The translations under genes and the position numbers were made by a program. A stretch of DNA of 64,000 nt from Vulcanimicrobiota bacterium (GTDB taxonomy: Bacteria; Vulcanimicrobiota; Vulcanimicrobiia; Vulcanimicrobiales; Vulcanimicrobiaceae), in assembly GCA_963820825.1 (NCBI GenBank), contig CAWGBN010000006.1, positions 480,001-544,000 on the forward strand. The letters run 5' to 3'. How positions within the stretch are numbered: the stretch's first letter is position 1; each line of letters begins with the position of its first letter. The notes under the pieces are model-generated. The model saw only the letters and a program-made list of their open reading frames with translations, made no database searches and was not told where the DNA came from. This document shows positions 1 through 10,112 of this stretch, piece after piece.

Positions 1-479
1 CCAAGTCTATTACGCAGAGAGAGCTGCCGCCGCCGGCAAGGCCTTGATCGCAGCAATCAAGGCCGAAAATCTGCCGGTTAGCGGGGCTGGCGATACCACC
101 GACGGACTGCCTATGCGAATCGCCGTTCGGCACCCGTGATCGACTCGTCTAAGGACCGTAGTTAATTGCGTAGGTGCCTCAGCACGGATCAGAAACTCTA
201 GAGTCGAGTCCCCAGTGCGCGCCCCTATAGCGACTTCTGTGATACGAAAGCGCCCAGACCGGACCGACACTCGGGACCTCGCAGCTCGGCACCGGCGGAG
301 GGGTTCAGCTTTGCGCAGGTGCCCGTGCTTAAACCTTCGAGGGCAAGCGCGGCGGTTGCAAAATGGTTGCAATCGGAGGCGCCTTCCCGTGCCTCTCCAT
401 ACCCGAAGGTCGAGCAATTGTCTCGTAGTTCCCGCCTTCCGTGACTTACGCTGCCTCTCTAAAACCGTCGCTAGGCTTC

Positions 480-503
480 TTCGATTCCTACACGCTCCCG
501 CCA
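480..503 (+). other. tRNA-Sec (selC)-type 3' fragment, probable att site
   Basis: TTCGATT CCTAC ACGCTCCC G CCA = 7-nt T-loop, 5-nt T-stem strand, 8-nt acceptor strand, G discriminator, CCA (8/5 fold typical of bacterial tRNA-Sec). No matching 5' half (GGGAGCGT) seen upstream, so not a full tRNA. Confidence 0.75.
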
Positions 504-727
504 CCTCCAAATTCTCGCGTATTTGCAAGGATTGTTGCGATGATGGGTGCGCTTCGCTACACCGTTTGCTTCGGTTTTCTTCGAAAAATCCGATTGGCAT
601 TTGCACACTCCCTCCAACTCCGGGTCGCGGTTGGGCTGCTTTCTCATCGGACACCTTCCTTTTGCGTATTAGGGTGTCCAGCTCCCGACGGGGTCACTTC
701 GCGGTCCGCGGCGCGGCAGGACCGAGG

Positions 728-760
728 AAAAAGGGGGCCGTGCACAACGCACGGCCCCTT
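728..760 (-). terminator. Rho-independent terminator after lipoprotein gene
   Basis: Stem GGGGCCGTGC/GCACGGCCCC with an A-run on + (U-run on -), just downstream of the 802..1902 gene. Confidence 0.75.
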
Positions 761-801
761 AATTGAATGGTCTGCAGATGCGTGAGTTTAGCGTTTGCGC
801 C

Positions 802-1902
802 CTACGGAACGAGCACTGGGGTAACGGCCACGCTGCTGTATGAGTTGCTGGGTACCCCTATGATGCTCTTTTTCGGTGCACCACCTGCCGGATAGGCATA
901 CTCACTTGCTGTCTCGCTGCCCGACGTGGCCTGGTAGAGCAACCAAAGGCCGCGGCCTGAGGCCTGGAAGGTAAAGGCTCCGCCATAATGCGAGACGAGC
1001 GAAGTAGTCGAGATTGGACTGCCGAGTGAGCCTCCCTTCGGCGGATTGTAGGTATCGATCACCGCGGTAGGATTTGACCCATCTAGAATAGCGATCCGAC
1101 CAGCCCCGTCAACTTCAATGCCACCGGCGTATTGGATCGTATTGTTGATTGTGAGCGTCCTGACTCTCTTCGCATTGCAGCCGCCGTCAATTTTGCCGAA
1201 TGTCGTTTTGCCCGAGAGGGAACTGTAGACGTAAAGATTTCCCTTGCCGTCGAATCCGCCAACAGCCACGCCATTTGGAAAAGCCTTCGTGCCTTGGGCA
1301 ACTACTGTAGCGCATGGCGTTGTCGAACCGGCGGCGTAGAACATGACACCCTCGCCGCACTGGCTGCCGGACAGAATAGTACAGGTATCTACGGCAACGG
1401 TGCCTTGCCGCGAAACGGCGATGTTGCCGGGGTATCGGCCTGGCTGAAACGTCAACTTTGGCCCGTTTGTGTAAGGGGGCGCGTAGACCGTCACGTTATC
1501 GGCGAAATAATCTACAACATAGAGGTCGCCCGCCGTATCAGTCGCGAGCTCACCTGCAGATTGAAAACCACTCACTTGACCGACCATCTTGTTCTTGCCG
1601 CCTTGCAGAAAGATGTCGACGTTTGCTCCATCGTCTGCCAGGAAGACGAGCGGCTTGCCGACGGCTCCGGGCTCCATGAAGCTCGGCGTTGTCACGCCGT
1701 GACGGGGAACGATGCCTCCGTGCATCGCCAGGAAACTGTTGAGCCGGCCATTTTGAAAGGCTGGTCTTTGGGTGGACGGGCTCCAGGCGGCTGATTGCGC
1801 AAGAGGCGTTGGGGCCATTTGGGAACTGCCTCCGCAACCGGCCAGCGCTGTCAGTGCAATGGACGTGAGGAACGCGTAATCCGCTACTTTATAAATTCGC
1901 AT
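802..1902 (-). CDS. Secreted lipoprotein, beta-propeller/NHL-like repeats
   Basis: Start reassigned to MRIYKVADY (AGGAG RBS upstream); hydrophobic signal with lipobox LAGC; repeated GxLYV-type beta strands; paralog of 8334..9443. Confidence 0.75.
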   Translation of the reverse strand: MRIYKVADYAFLTSIALTALAGCGGSSQMAPTPLAQSAAWSPSTQRPAFQNGRLNSFLAMHGGIVPRHGVTTPSFMEPGAVGKPLVFLADDGANVDIFLQGGKNKMVGQVSGFQSAGELATDTAGDLYVVDYFADNVTVYAPPYTNGPKLTFQPGRYPGNIAVSRQGTVAVDTCTILSGSQCGEGVMFYAAGSTTPCATVVAQGTKAFPNGVAVGGFDGKGNLYVYSSLSGKTTFGKIDGGCNAKRVRTLTINNTIQYAGGIEVDGAGRIAILDGSNPTAVIDTYNPPKGGSLGSPISTTSLVSHYGGAFTFQASGRGLWLLYQATSGSETASEYAYPAGGAPKKSIIGVPSNSYSSVAVTPVLVP

Positions 1903-1984
1903 GATGAGGTCTCCTCTGAAGTCGAGCAAGGGCGTAGACTCTTGATCCCATCCTGCTCCCGCGGAGGGAAGAGGTCCAGGGACA

Positions 1985-2005
1985 CTCGTACAGATTATTC
2001 GGACA
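1985..2005. promoter_or_regulatory. Candidate operator: 8-bp direct repeat at 13-bp spacing in divergent promoter
   Basis: Minus strand TGTCCGAA-TAATC-TGTACGAG; matches TGTACGAA-TAACT-TGTACGAA at 7884-7904. Confidence 0.45.
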
Positions 2006-2029
2006 GTTCGACCGCCGATTGGAGGGTGG

Positions 2030-4570
2030 ATGGAGGCTGCCGGTCGACCTCGCTTCGGAGCGCTGCTGCGGCAGTTTCGTCTCGATGCGGGGATGACGCA
2101 GCAAGAACTCGCCGAGCGGGCGAATTTGAGCGCAGATGCGGTCAGCACGCTTGAGCGAGGGGCTCGAACGCGGCCCTATCGCGAGACGATCGTTCTGCTG
2201 GGGCGGGCCCTGGATTTGTCGCCGGAGCGTGAGGCGCTCCTGGCGAGCGCCGTTGGCATCGCCCATCCACCGCGCCGGCGCAGGGAGGCGCTCGAACCCA
2301 TCGCTATTGCGGATCGTTCGCCCCGAGCCGCAAGCGACGCCGGAGCCACAATCTCCCACAGCAGCTGACTTCCTTCGTTGGGCGGGACCACGAGGTCGCC
2401 GAGATTGCAGCGCTCCTGCGCGAGCACCGACTCGTCACCGTAGTCGGAGCCGGTGGAGTCGGTAAGACGCGCGTCGCCGTGCAAACTGGCAGCGACCTAG
2501 TCGACGGCAGTCCGGACGGCGTGTGGATTGTCGACCTTGCCCCGCTTGCGGATCAAACACTTTTGGCGAGCGCGGTTTTAGCGGTCCTGCAGCATTCCGC
2601 AACAACTGGATCTGCCCTAGACGTTGTCGTCGCGTACCTCAAGACGCGCCGCCTCCTACTTATTTTAGACAACTGCGAGCACCTGGTCGTTGCGGCTCGC
2701 GAGATGGCGACTACTATCATCGGGTTGTGCCCAAACGTGCGCATCCTAGCGACGAGCCGCGAGGCGTTGGACGCGCCCGGTGAGCGCGTCTATCGGTTGC
2801 CGTCCCTGGCGGTTCCACCCGATTCGCGTGCGAGTGCACAAGACGCACTGCGCTATGCAGCGGTGGCCCTCTTCGTTGACCGGGCGCATGCCGTCAACTC
2901 CAGCTTTGCGCTCGTCGACGACAACGCGCCGGATGTCAGCGAGATCTGCCGGCACCTAGACGGCATTCCGCTGGCCATCGAGTTGGCCGCCGCTCGCGTG
3001 AAGGTGCTCGCACCGCGTCAGATCGAGCGGCGGCTCGACCAACGCTTCCGATTGCTTACCGGCGGAGACTCGCGTGCCTTGCCGAGGCATCAGACGATGA
3101 CGGCTCTTATCGACTGGAGCTACGACCTCCTGACGGCGCGCGAGCAGAGGTTCTTTGAGTGGCTCTCGGTTTTCGCGGGTGACAGTACGCTGGAGGCGGT
3201 CGACGGCCGTCTGTGCGGCCGATGACGAAGACGATGTCGCGGTGATAGACCTCATCGCGTCGCTCGTGACGAAGTCGTTGCTGGTTGCCGAGTTGGCCGG
3301 CAATGAGCAGCGCTATTGGCTCTTAGAATCATCGCGGCAGTACGCGCGAGACAAGCTGATCGCGCGCGGCGAGCAGGATGATTTCGCACGACGTCATGCG
3401 ATCTTCTATGTGGAACTGGCAGAGCGACGGGAACGCGAGTGGGACACGATTCCCGATCATGCGTGGCTTCCGCAGGCGACAGTCGAATTGGAGAACTGGC
3501 GGGCAGCGCTGGAGTGGGCACTCGCAAGGAGAGGCGACGTAACTTTGGGACAGCGTATGGCTGCCGTACGCGCCGTTATGTGGCGCAGCTTTACGCTGGC
3601 CGAAGGGCGGCGCTGGGTGCGAGCCGCGATGGAACTGGTCCTAGAAGACACGCCGTTCCTTCTTACCGCGCAACTGGAACATAGTGAAGCTGAAGGCGCC
3701 CGTCGATTCGGCGACTTTCAGATGGCATTCACCAAGGCTGAGAGCGCATTGTCGCGATTTTGCAAGCTTGGTGACGCGAGGGGAATCGCTGAGACTCAAA
3801 GTCTAGCCGGCGCGATGCTCTCCGTTCTGGGAAGGCCAGGGGAGGCAGAGCCTCTGCTCCGTGAAGCTTTAGAGGCCGCGGATACAATCGGTGACTGCCG
3901 CTTGAGGGCTAGCACCCTGTTCCGATTGGGACTCGTACGAAACGAAGTTGCTGACTACGCCGGCGCAGAAGTCTATTTCACCGAAGCACTTGAACTTGCA
4001 AAAGCGCTCGGCGCCACGATCATAAGCATCTCGGTGCGCATCGCGCTGGCTCAAAACGAGCACTTTACGGGAAACGCCGAAAAGGCGCTGCAGCTCATTG
4101 AGGATGTGCTGGCAGACTATCGCTCGCTGAACGCCTCAGGAGCGGCGATCAGTGCAGCCTATGCTCTGACGGACAGGGCTACATATCTCATCGCGCTGGG
4201 TCGATACGACGAGGCACGAGTACAAGCCAATAACGCACTGACGGTTGGCCGCGAGGGTCAGCTCGTTTTCGTAATCGCCAGATCGCTGCAGCAGCTTGCA
4301 GTGCTGGCGTTGCTCGGAGCTCAGGTCGAACATGTACCCGCGGCAGCGAGACACGCGGGAGCCGCTCGGCTCTTCGGCTTCGTCCAAGGTCGCCTTACTA
4401 CATTGGGATCACTGGAGGATCTGGAGCGAGACTACTACATAAGCGCCCTCGCGCTGCTACGCGACACCGTTGGTGCCGAAAAACTTACTAAGATGATGGC
4501 CACGGGCGCGACGATGACCGAAGATGAGGCGGTCGCGCAAGCGCACGCGCTCGAAGCAACTTCAGCTTAG
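2030..4570 (+). pseudogene. XRE-HTH / NTPase (NB-ARC-like) / TPR regulator, split by about three frameshifts
   Basis: HTH FGALLRQFRLDAGMTQQELAERA, Walker A GAGGVGKT, LLLILDNCEH, GIPLAIELAA, TPR-like C-terminus. Pieces lie in ORFs 2030..2368, 2136..2465, 2479..3225 and 3155..4570 and are colinear with the intact paralog at 5324..7858. Shifts near 2297, 2345 and 3205 could be assembly errors. Confidence 0.8.
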
Positions 4571-4685
4571 TTCATTGGTCTTCGCTGCTTCTATCGTCGG
4601 TACGCGGGAGCAGCCGGAAGCAAGAACGGCGAAAAGCTCTTTACTTTGCTTGCGTTTTCACCGATTCGACCAGTCTTAGTCTAAC

Positions 4686-5009
4686 AACGGTGTAGCAGTG
4701 TATCGGAAGACCACGAGCTCGTAGCTAGTGCAAACGACTTGTTCCTAAAGGCGGAGCGTCTCACTACACCGTTTACTACACAGAATCGGCCAAAAGCGGC
4801 CTGCATTCTATTGGCTTTACCAGCCCTATGCTCGAAATTGCCGGTACAATCAAGGACTTTCGAGGCTCAGAGGGTAGTGGCGGGGACGTTAGGAGAACGT
4901 CCTACACGCTCCCGCCAGGTCAAAACACTCCCTCCACTTAGCGATTTTCGCCTTATTCTACGCGGGTTTGCGGCGGGCGATGCTTTTCACTACACCGTTT
5001 GCTACACAG
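4686..5009 (+). repeat. att-like junction repeat, copy 1
   Basis: Inverted arm AACGGTGTAG (4686), CTACACCGTTTACTACACAG (4764), hairpin TGGCGGGGACGTTAGG-AGAACGT-CCTACACGCTCCCGCCA (4878-4917), CTACACCGTTTGCTACACAG (4990). Confidence 0.85.
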
Positions 5010-5323
5010 ATATGGGATCGGTAGGCGCTCGCGCTAGAAGGCATTGCGGAAGACCCCAGCGTCCGATTGTAGCGGCTCAGTGACGGCGAACCCGATTGGC
5101 GTTAAGAAATACGACTTACGGGGGAGCGGCGCGCCGCGCGTTGACAATCGATTGATTTAACGTTCTGCGATTGATCGCATAGCTCCGCACCGGCGCAAAC
5201 AGCGATGTCGCGCCGATCCTGCGTACCGGCGGCTCCAATACGGAACTAGAGCCTTACCGCGGCATCGCCGTTTTTTAGCTGCGGCGCAGCGCGATGTGAT
5301 TGCGAAATTCGTATAGTGTGCTG

Positions 5324-7858
5324 TCATTCAAGCGCGCGCGCTTGGTCGATCGCCTCATCTTCGGACATCGTCGCGCCAGCCGCCATTAAACGCGCGAGCT
5401 CATCATCACTGATCGCTTCTCGAAGCGTGGCCAGCGCGCGATCGCGCTCCTGTGGTATGAAGAACACCTCCGGGATTTCCAATTCAGTAAAGCGAGCGGC
5501 GACGAAACCTAAGAGCCGCGCGGCGCCGGAAAAGCGCTCAGAGGAGACCTGCCCCTCGGTCGGTGGCGAAAACACCGTGACCAAGGCAAGATGCAGTAAC
5601 GAGCCGGCGACCAGCACGCCGATCCGGAGGTCACGTGCAAGTTCGAGCGCTTCGTGTGCACGCGCCCGCGCCTCATCATATCGGCCCAGCACAATAAGGT
5701 ACTGCGAAATGCTGGCGATCATATTCGGGATCTTGGGTGCCGCTGACCAGTGCAGCGACCGAAGAGCTGTGACCGCGTCAGTCATGAGCCGTAGCGCTGC
5801 TTCATAGCTGCCGGCGTCGGCCTCGTTGTCCGCAAGAGATGCCGCAATCGAAGCTGCAAGAATCTCGGCACCCACCATCTTGGCTAGGCCGAGCGCTTCG
5901 GTATAGTATGCTCGCGCCCCGGTGATATCACGACGGCGGAGTGTTGCCAAAAGCCCCATTCTCCGCAAAACGAGAGCGGCCAGCCGCCGATCGCCCAAGG
6001 TGCGGGCTGTCGCGAGAGCTTCGTGCAGCAGCGGCTCGGCTTCCGCAAACCTTTCCAGAATAACAAGCGACGAAGATGCCAAGCCCTGCACCTGAGCGAT
6101 ACCTCGGACGTCATCGACTTCGCGATACCGCACAAGAGCTCGCTCGGCCGCCGCCAACGCGGCGCGGGCATTAGAAGACTCCGAGGCAACTTCAGCATAA
6201 GCATGGTATAGGCGCGCCATGAGACGAAGCGGAGTCCCTTCATCGGCCGATGCGAGTGCCACTTCCACCCAACGTCTCGCCTCGGGTAGCGAGAGGCTGT
6301 ACAATAGTACCATCCGCAAAGTTGCGAGGCGTTGTCCAAGGACGACGTCGCCCCGTTTACTGAGCGCCCAGGCAAGCACAGCACGCCAGTTATCTGATTC
6401 TGCTTGGACCATCGGGAGCCACTCCCGGTCGGGTGTCGCGTTCCACGCGAGTTCGAGCCGTTCGGCTAGTTCGAGGTACGTGAGCGCATGACGCGATGTT
6501 ATTCGCTCCTGCTCGCCGCACGCAATCAGCTTGTCCCGGGCGTACTGCCGCGATGATTCTAGGAGTCTGTAGCGCTGTTCGTCACTAGCCAACTCGGCAA
6601 CTAGCAATGACTTCGTCACGAGCGATGTAATGAGGTCTATCACCGCAATATCGTCTTCGTCATCGGCCGCGCAGACTGCCGTTATCGCCTCCAGCGAACA
6701 GTCGCCCGCGAAGACCGAGAGCGTTTCAAAGAACTTCTGCTCGCGCGCCGTCAAGAGGTCGTAGCTCCAGTCAATAAGGGCGGTCATCGTCTGGTGGCGC
6801 GGCAAGGCACGCGAATCTCCGCCGGTGAGTAAGTGGAAGCGCTGGTCGAGCCGCCGCGCGATCTGACGCGGTGCGAGCACCTTTACGCGAGCGGCGGCCA
6901 ACTCAATGGCGAGCGGAATGCCGTCTAGGCGGCGGCAGATCTCGTTAACGTCCGGCGCGTTGTCGTCGACGAGCGCAAAGCTGCGATTGACGGCATGCGC
7001 ACGTTCAACGAACAGAGTCACCGCTCCGTAGCGCAGTGCGTCTTGTGCAGTCCCAGGCGAATCGGGTGGAACCGCCATGGACGGCAACCGATAGACGCGC
7101 TCACCTGGCTCGTCCAACGCCTCCCGGCTCGTCGTTAGGATGCGCACGTGTGGGCAAAACTCGATGATAGTAGTCGCCACCTCGCGAGCGGCACTGATCA
7201 CATGCTCGCAGTTATCTAAAATGAGTAAGAGGCGTCGCGTCTTGAGGTACGCGACGACAACGTCTAAGGCAGACCCAGTCGTTGCGGGATGCTGCAGGGC
7301 TGCTAAGACTGCGCTCGCCACAAGTGTTTGATCCGCCATTGGAGCCAGGTCGACTAGCCAGACACCGTCCAAAAAACCGTCCAGTAGGGCGCTCCCTATC
7401 TGCAGCGCAACACGACTTTTGCCGATTCCGCCGGCGCCGAAAATCGTTACGAGTCGGTGATCGCGCAAAAGCGCTGCGATCGCCGCGACCTCGCGCTCTC
7501 GCCCAACGAACGAGCTCAAGTGAGCAGAGAGATTGTGCTTTGCCGTCGCTTGCGCGTCGGCACGCACGATCCGTACCAGCGATGCCTTCAACGCCTCGCT
7601 GCTCCCCCGACGGCGCGGCGGATGTGGGATGCCGGCGGCGCTTTCCAGCAGCGCCGTGCGCTCGGGCGGCAACTTAAGCGCGCGGCTGAGCAAAATCACG
7701 GTCTCCCGATGAGGCCGCGTTCGAGCGCCACGCTCGAGCGTGCTGATTGCCTCCATGCTCAGCCTTGCTCGCTCGGCGAGTTCTTGCTGTGTGATGCCGG
7801 CCTCGAGGCGAAACTGCCTCAGCAGTGCCCCGAAGTCAGCTGGGCTGGAAGCCTCCAT
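5324..7858 (-). CDS. XRE-HTH / NTPase (NB-ARC-like) / TPR transcriptional regulator
   Basis: Start MEASSPADFGALLRQFR; HTH; SFVGRERE; Walker A GAGGIGKS; LLLILDNCEH; GIPLAIELAA; TPR-like helices. Confidence 0.9.
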   Translation of the reverse strand: MEASSPADFGALLRQFRLEAGITQQELAERARLSMEAISTLERGARTRPHRETVILLSRALKLPPERTALLESAAGIPHPPRRRGSSEALKASLVRIVRADAQATAKHNLSAHLSSFVGREREVAAIAALLRDHRLVTIFGAGGIGKSRVALQIGSALLDGFLDGVWLVDLAPMADQTLVASAVLAALQHPATTGSALDVVVAYLKTRRLLLILDNCEHVISAAREVATTIIEFCPHVRILTTSREALDEPGERVYRLPSMAVPPDSPGTAQDALRYGAVTLFVERAHAVNRSFALVDDNAPDVNEICRRLDGIPLAIELAAARVKVLAPRQIARRLDQRFHLLTGGDSRALPRHQTMTALIDWSYDLLTAREQKFFETLSVFAGDCSLEAITAVCAADDEDDIAVIDLITSLVTKSLLVAELASDEQRYRLLESSRQYARDKLIACGEQERITSRHALTYLELAERLELAWNATPDREWLPMVQAESDNWRAVLAWALSKRGDVVLGQRLATLRMVLLYSLSLPEARRWVEVALASADEGTPLRLMARLYHAYAEVASESSNARAALAAAERALVRYREVDDVRGIAQVQGLASSSLVILERFAEAEPLLHEALATARTLGDRRLAALVLRRMGLLATLRRRDITGARAYYTEALGLAKMVGAEILAASIAASLADNEADAGSYEAALRLMTDAVTALRSLHWSAAPKIPNMIASISQYLIVLGRYDEARARAHEALELARDLRIGVLVAGSLLHLALVTVFSPPTEGQVSSERFSGAARLLGFVAARFTELEIPEVFFIPQERDRALATLREAISDDELARLMAAGATMSEDEAIDQARALE

Positions 7859-7883
7859 CCCCCTCCATCGGGTAGCGCCGAAT

Positions 7884-7904
7884 TGTACGAATAACTTGTA
7901 CGAA
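7884..7904. promoter_or_regulatory. Candidate operator: perfect TGTACGAA direct repeat
   Basis: TGTACGAA-TAACT-TGTACGAA, 26 bp upstream of the regulator start codon. Confidence 0.5.
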
Positions 7905-8114
7905 CGTACCTGGACCTCTTCGCCCCAAGGGGAGAAAATGATTGCGCGGGTCTGCCGCCCCACGATGTCGCCGGTCCCGCCGCCCGAGAAGCGCGCGATT
8001 CTCAAGCCTAGCGCGAACCTTGAGCGCGTTACGACTTCACTAAGGAGAGCTCAACATGAGTATTTCTAACGCGGTGCGCCATGCGTTGAACACATAATCC
8101 CTTCGACGCTGAGC

Positions 8115-8200
8115 TTAGCCCGCTCGCCGAGCTGCTCTTGCGTCATCCCTGCGTCGGCAAAACTGTCTGAGCAGAGCGCCGAAGTGGAGTCGACTGACCG
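8115..8200 (-). pseudogene. Truncated XRE-HTH 5' remnant
   Basis: Encodes LHFGALLRQF, then shifts; DNA resembles 7770-7840, the 5' end of the adjacent regulator. Confidence 0.55.
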
Positions 8201-8333
8201 TTTCCGTCCCGCTCCCGGTTGTCGTCCAAACTGTGCAGGTAAAATGTACGGGTGTGCCTGGACCGATTCCCTCTACCGGCGCAGGATGGATCTGACAAGA
8301 ACCCTCTTCCTCTACTCTTACGGGAGAGTCAAC

Positions 8334-9443
8334 ATGTGTACTTCTAAAGCGGCGAGTCACGCGCTCATCGCATCAATTGCACTAGCAGCACCGGCCGGTT
8401 GCAGCGGAGGTTCCGCAATGGCCCCCACGCCTCTTGCGCAATCGAGCGCCGGGAGCCCGTCCCTCCAAGGGCCACCTTTTACAAATGGAAGGCTCAACAG
8501 TTTCAGGACGATGCGCGGAGGCATCGTTCCCGGTCATGGCACGACAAGGCCGAGCTTCTTTAGTCCCGACGCTAAAGGGAAGCCGCTCATCTTCATCGCG
8601 GATTTGCAGAACAACGTCGTGAACATCTATCTGCAGGCCCGCAAGAATAAGATGGTCGGCCAAATTACGGGTCTCAAGGCGCCAGTGGCCCTCACGACCG
8701 ACGCCTCAAGGAATCTATACGTTGGGGAGGAGACCGGAGATGTACTCGTGTACGCGCCTCCGTACACGGCGTCACCAAAGCTGGTACTCGACGACAGCAA
8801 CGATGATCCTTACGCCATTTCCGTTTCACGTCAGGGAATCGTGGCCGTAGCCAACGTCTGCTCATTAACGCCGAGCGGGCAGTGTAATATCAATAGCGGA
8901 AGTGTCATCTTCTACGCCAAGAATGCCACCAAGGCTTGCGCCACTGTTGCCGATCCGACGACCTTAGGATACTACAACGGTGACGCCTTTGCCGACAATG
9001 GAAGGCTTTACATCACGGGATACCTCCCGGCGGGCTCGGATAGCTATTATGCCATAGGCGAAATTAAGGGCGGTTGCCAAGCGAAGCGGATCACGCTGCT
9101 CGCGAAGAGCGGGAGGGTTGCTTACGGCACCATCAAGATAAACAAGGCGGGCCAAATCGCCGTGATTTATGAAGGCACTAGCCCGGAGGTTTTGTACACC
9201 TATGATCCTCCCAAACACGGCTCCCTCGGAAACCCCGTCTCGAGCACCCCTTTGGTCGGTACGACGGCGGCGAGCTTCACATTTCTTGCGTCAGGATCCG
9301 ACGTTTATACGGCCGACTATTCCAACAGCGGCATCGGATCGAGTAGCGAGTATGACTATCCAATCGGTGGGATGGCGGAAAAGACTATCGCCGTTGGCGG
9401 ACTCCCAGTTGATGTGGCGGTCACGCCGGCGCTCGTTCCGTAG
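8334..9443 (+). CDS. Secreted lipoprotein, beta-propeller/NHL-like repeats
   Basis: Start MCTSKAASHAL after GGAG; signal ending PAGC; shares MAPTPLAQS, GKPLIF, KNKMVGQ, VYAPPYT and VAVTPxLVP with 802..1902. Confidence 0.75.
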   Translation: MCTSKAASHALIASIALAAPAGCSGGSAMAPTPLAQSSAGSPSLQGPPFTNGRLNSFRTMRGGIVPGHGTTRPSFFSPDAKGKPLIFIADLQNNVVNIYLQARKNKMVGQITGLKAPVALTTDASRNLYVGEETGDVLVYAPPYTASPKLVLDDSNDDPYAISVSRQGIVAVANVCSLTPSGQCNINSGSVIFYAKNATKACATVADPTTLGYYNGDAFADNGRLYITGYLPAGSDSYYAIGEIKGGCQAKRITLLAKSGRVAYGTIKINKAGQIAVIYEGTSPEVLYTYDPPKHGSLGNPVSSTPLVGTTAASFTFLASGSDVYTADYSNSGIGSSSEYDYPIGGMAEKTIAVGGLPVDVAVTPALVP

Positions 9444-9486
9444 GGCGCAAACGCTAAAACGCACGCATCTTCGGACTGCTTCGATT

Positions 9487-9518
9487 GAGGGGCGTGCGTT
9501 GTGCACGGCCCTCTTTTT
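9487..9518 (+). terminator. Rho-independent terminator
   Basis: GAGGGGCGTGC-GTTGT-GCACGGCCCTC then TTTTT; inverted homolog of 728-760. Confidence 0.75.
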
Positions 9519-9654
9519 CCGATCGCCACGCTCCGCCCGGGCGTTTGAAGCGCGAATCTATCCAAGGTAGTTTCTGGCAGTCTCTGTCGGATTAGGCCAG
9601 CGGCTTGGCCTCCTTGCTCACGGCAATTGCGAAACTGTTTTTAGCAGCACTTTC

Positions 9655-9910
9655 GCAGATTCGACCGATTTTGGCCTAACGACCGTATAGTGGATCAAAA
9701 TGCCCGCGAGCTCTACGCTAGGGGAAACGATTTGCTCCTAACGGGAGGCGGCTTACTACACCGTTTACTACACAGAATTGGCCAAAACCGGGCTGCGATT
9801 TCTAAGGCTTTCGTAGCCCCATGCGCAAAATTGCCAGTACCAGCAAGGATATTCGAAGCTTATAAGGTAGTGGCGGGGACGTTAGGAGAACGTCCTACAC
9901 GCTCCCGCCA
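9655..9910 (+). repeat. att-like junction repeat, copy 2
   Basis: CTACACCGTTTACTACACAG at 9756; hairpin plus tRNA-Sec-type end at 9871-9910, identical to copy 1. Confidence 0.85.
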
Positions 9911-10112
9911 GCTTCTCTTTCGCTATTTACACGGTCGATGGCGTCGTCGTACTAAAGCAAGGTGGTCACGATCTTTCCGTAGTTCATGAGGCCTCCCGAT
10001 GCGGTCCGACGATGCCGCGGGCAATCAAGTACATGCGAGTATTGACAACGATAAAGCGCCAGATTTGGTACGGCCAAAAGCGCTCCATAAAGTGGGACTG
10101 CATGAGTCTCTC

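Noticed and set aside
400..503. Complete tRNA-Sec gene
   Set aside because: Only the last 24 nt match; no complementary 5' acceptor strand or UCA anticodon arm is visible upstream
495..509. CTCCCGCCACCTCCA resembles a tmRNA 3' end
   Set aside because: It overlaps the better-supported tRNA-Sec-type fragment, lacks the terminal CCA and is not repeated at the other sites; probably coincidence
10..785. ORFs 10..654, 215..766 and 441..785
   Set aside because: No recognisable motifs; they overlap the att-like site and terminator
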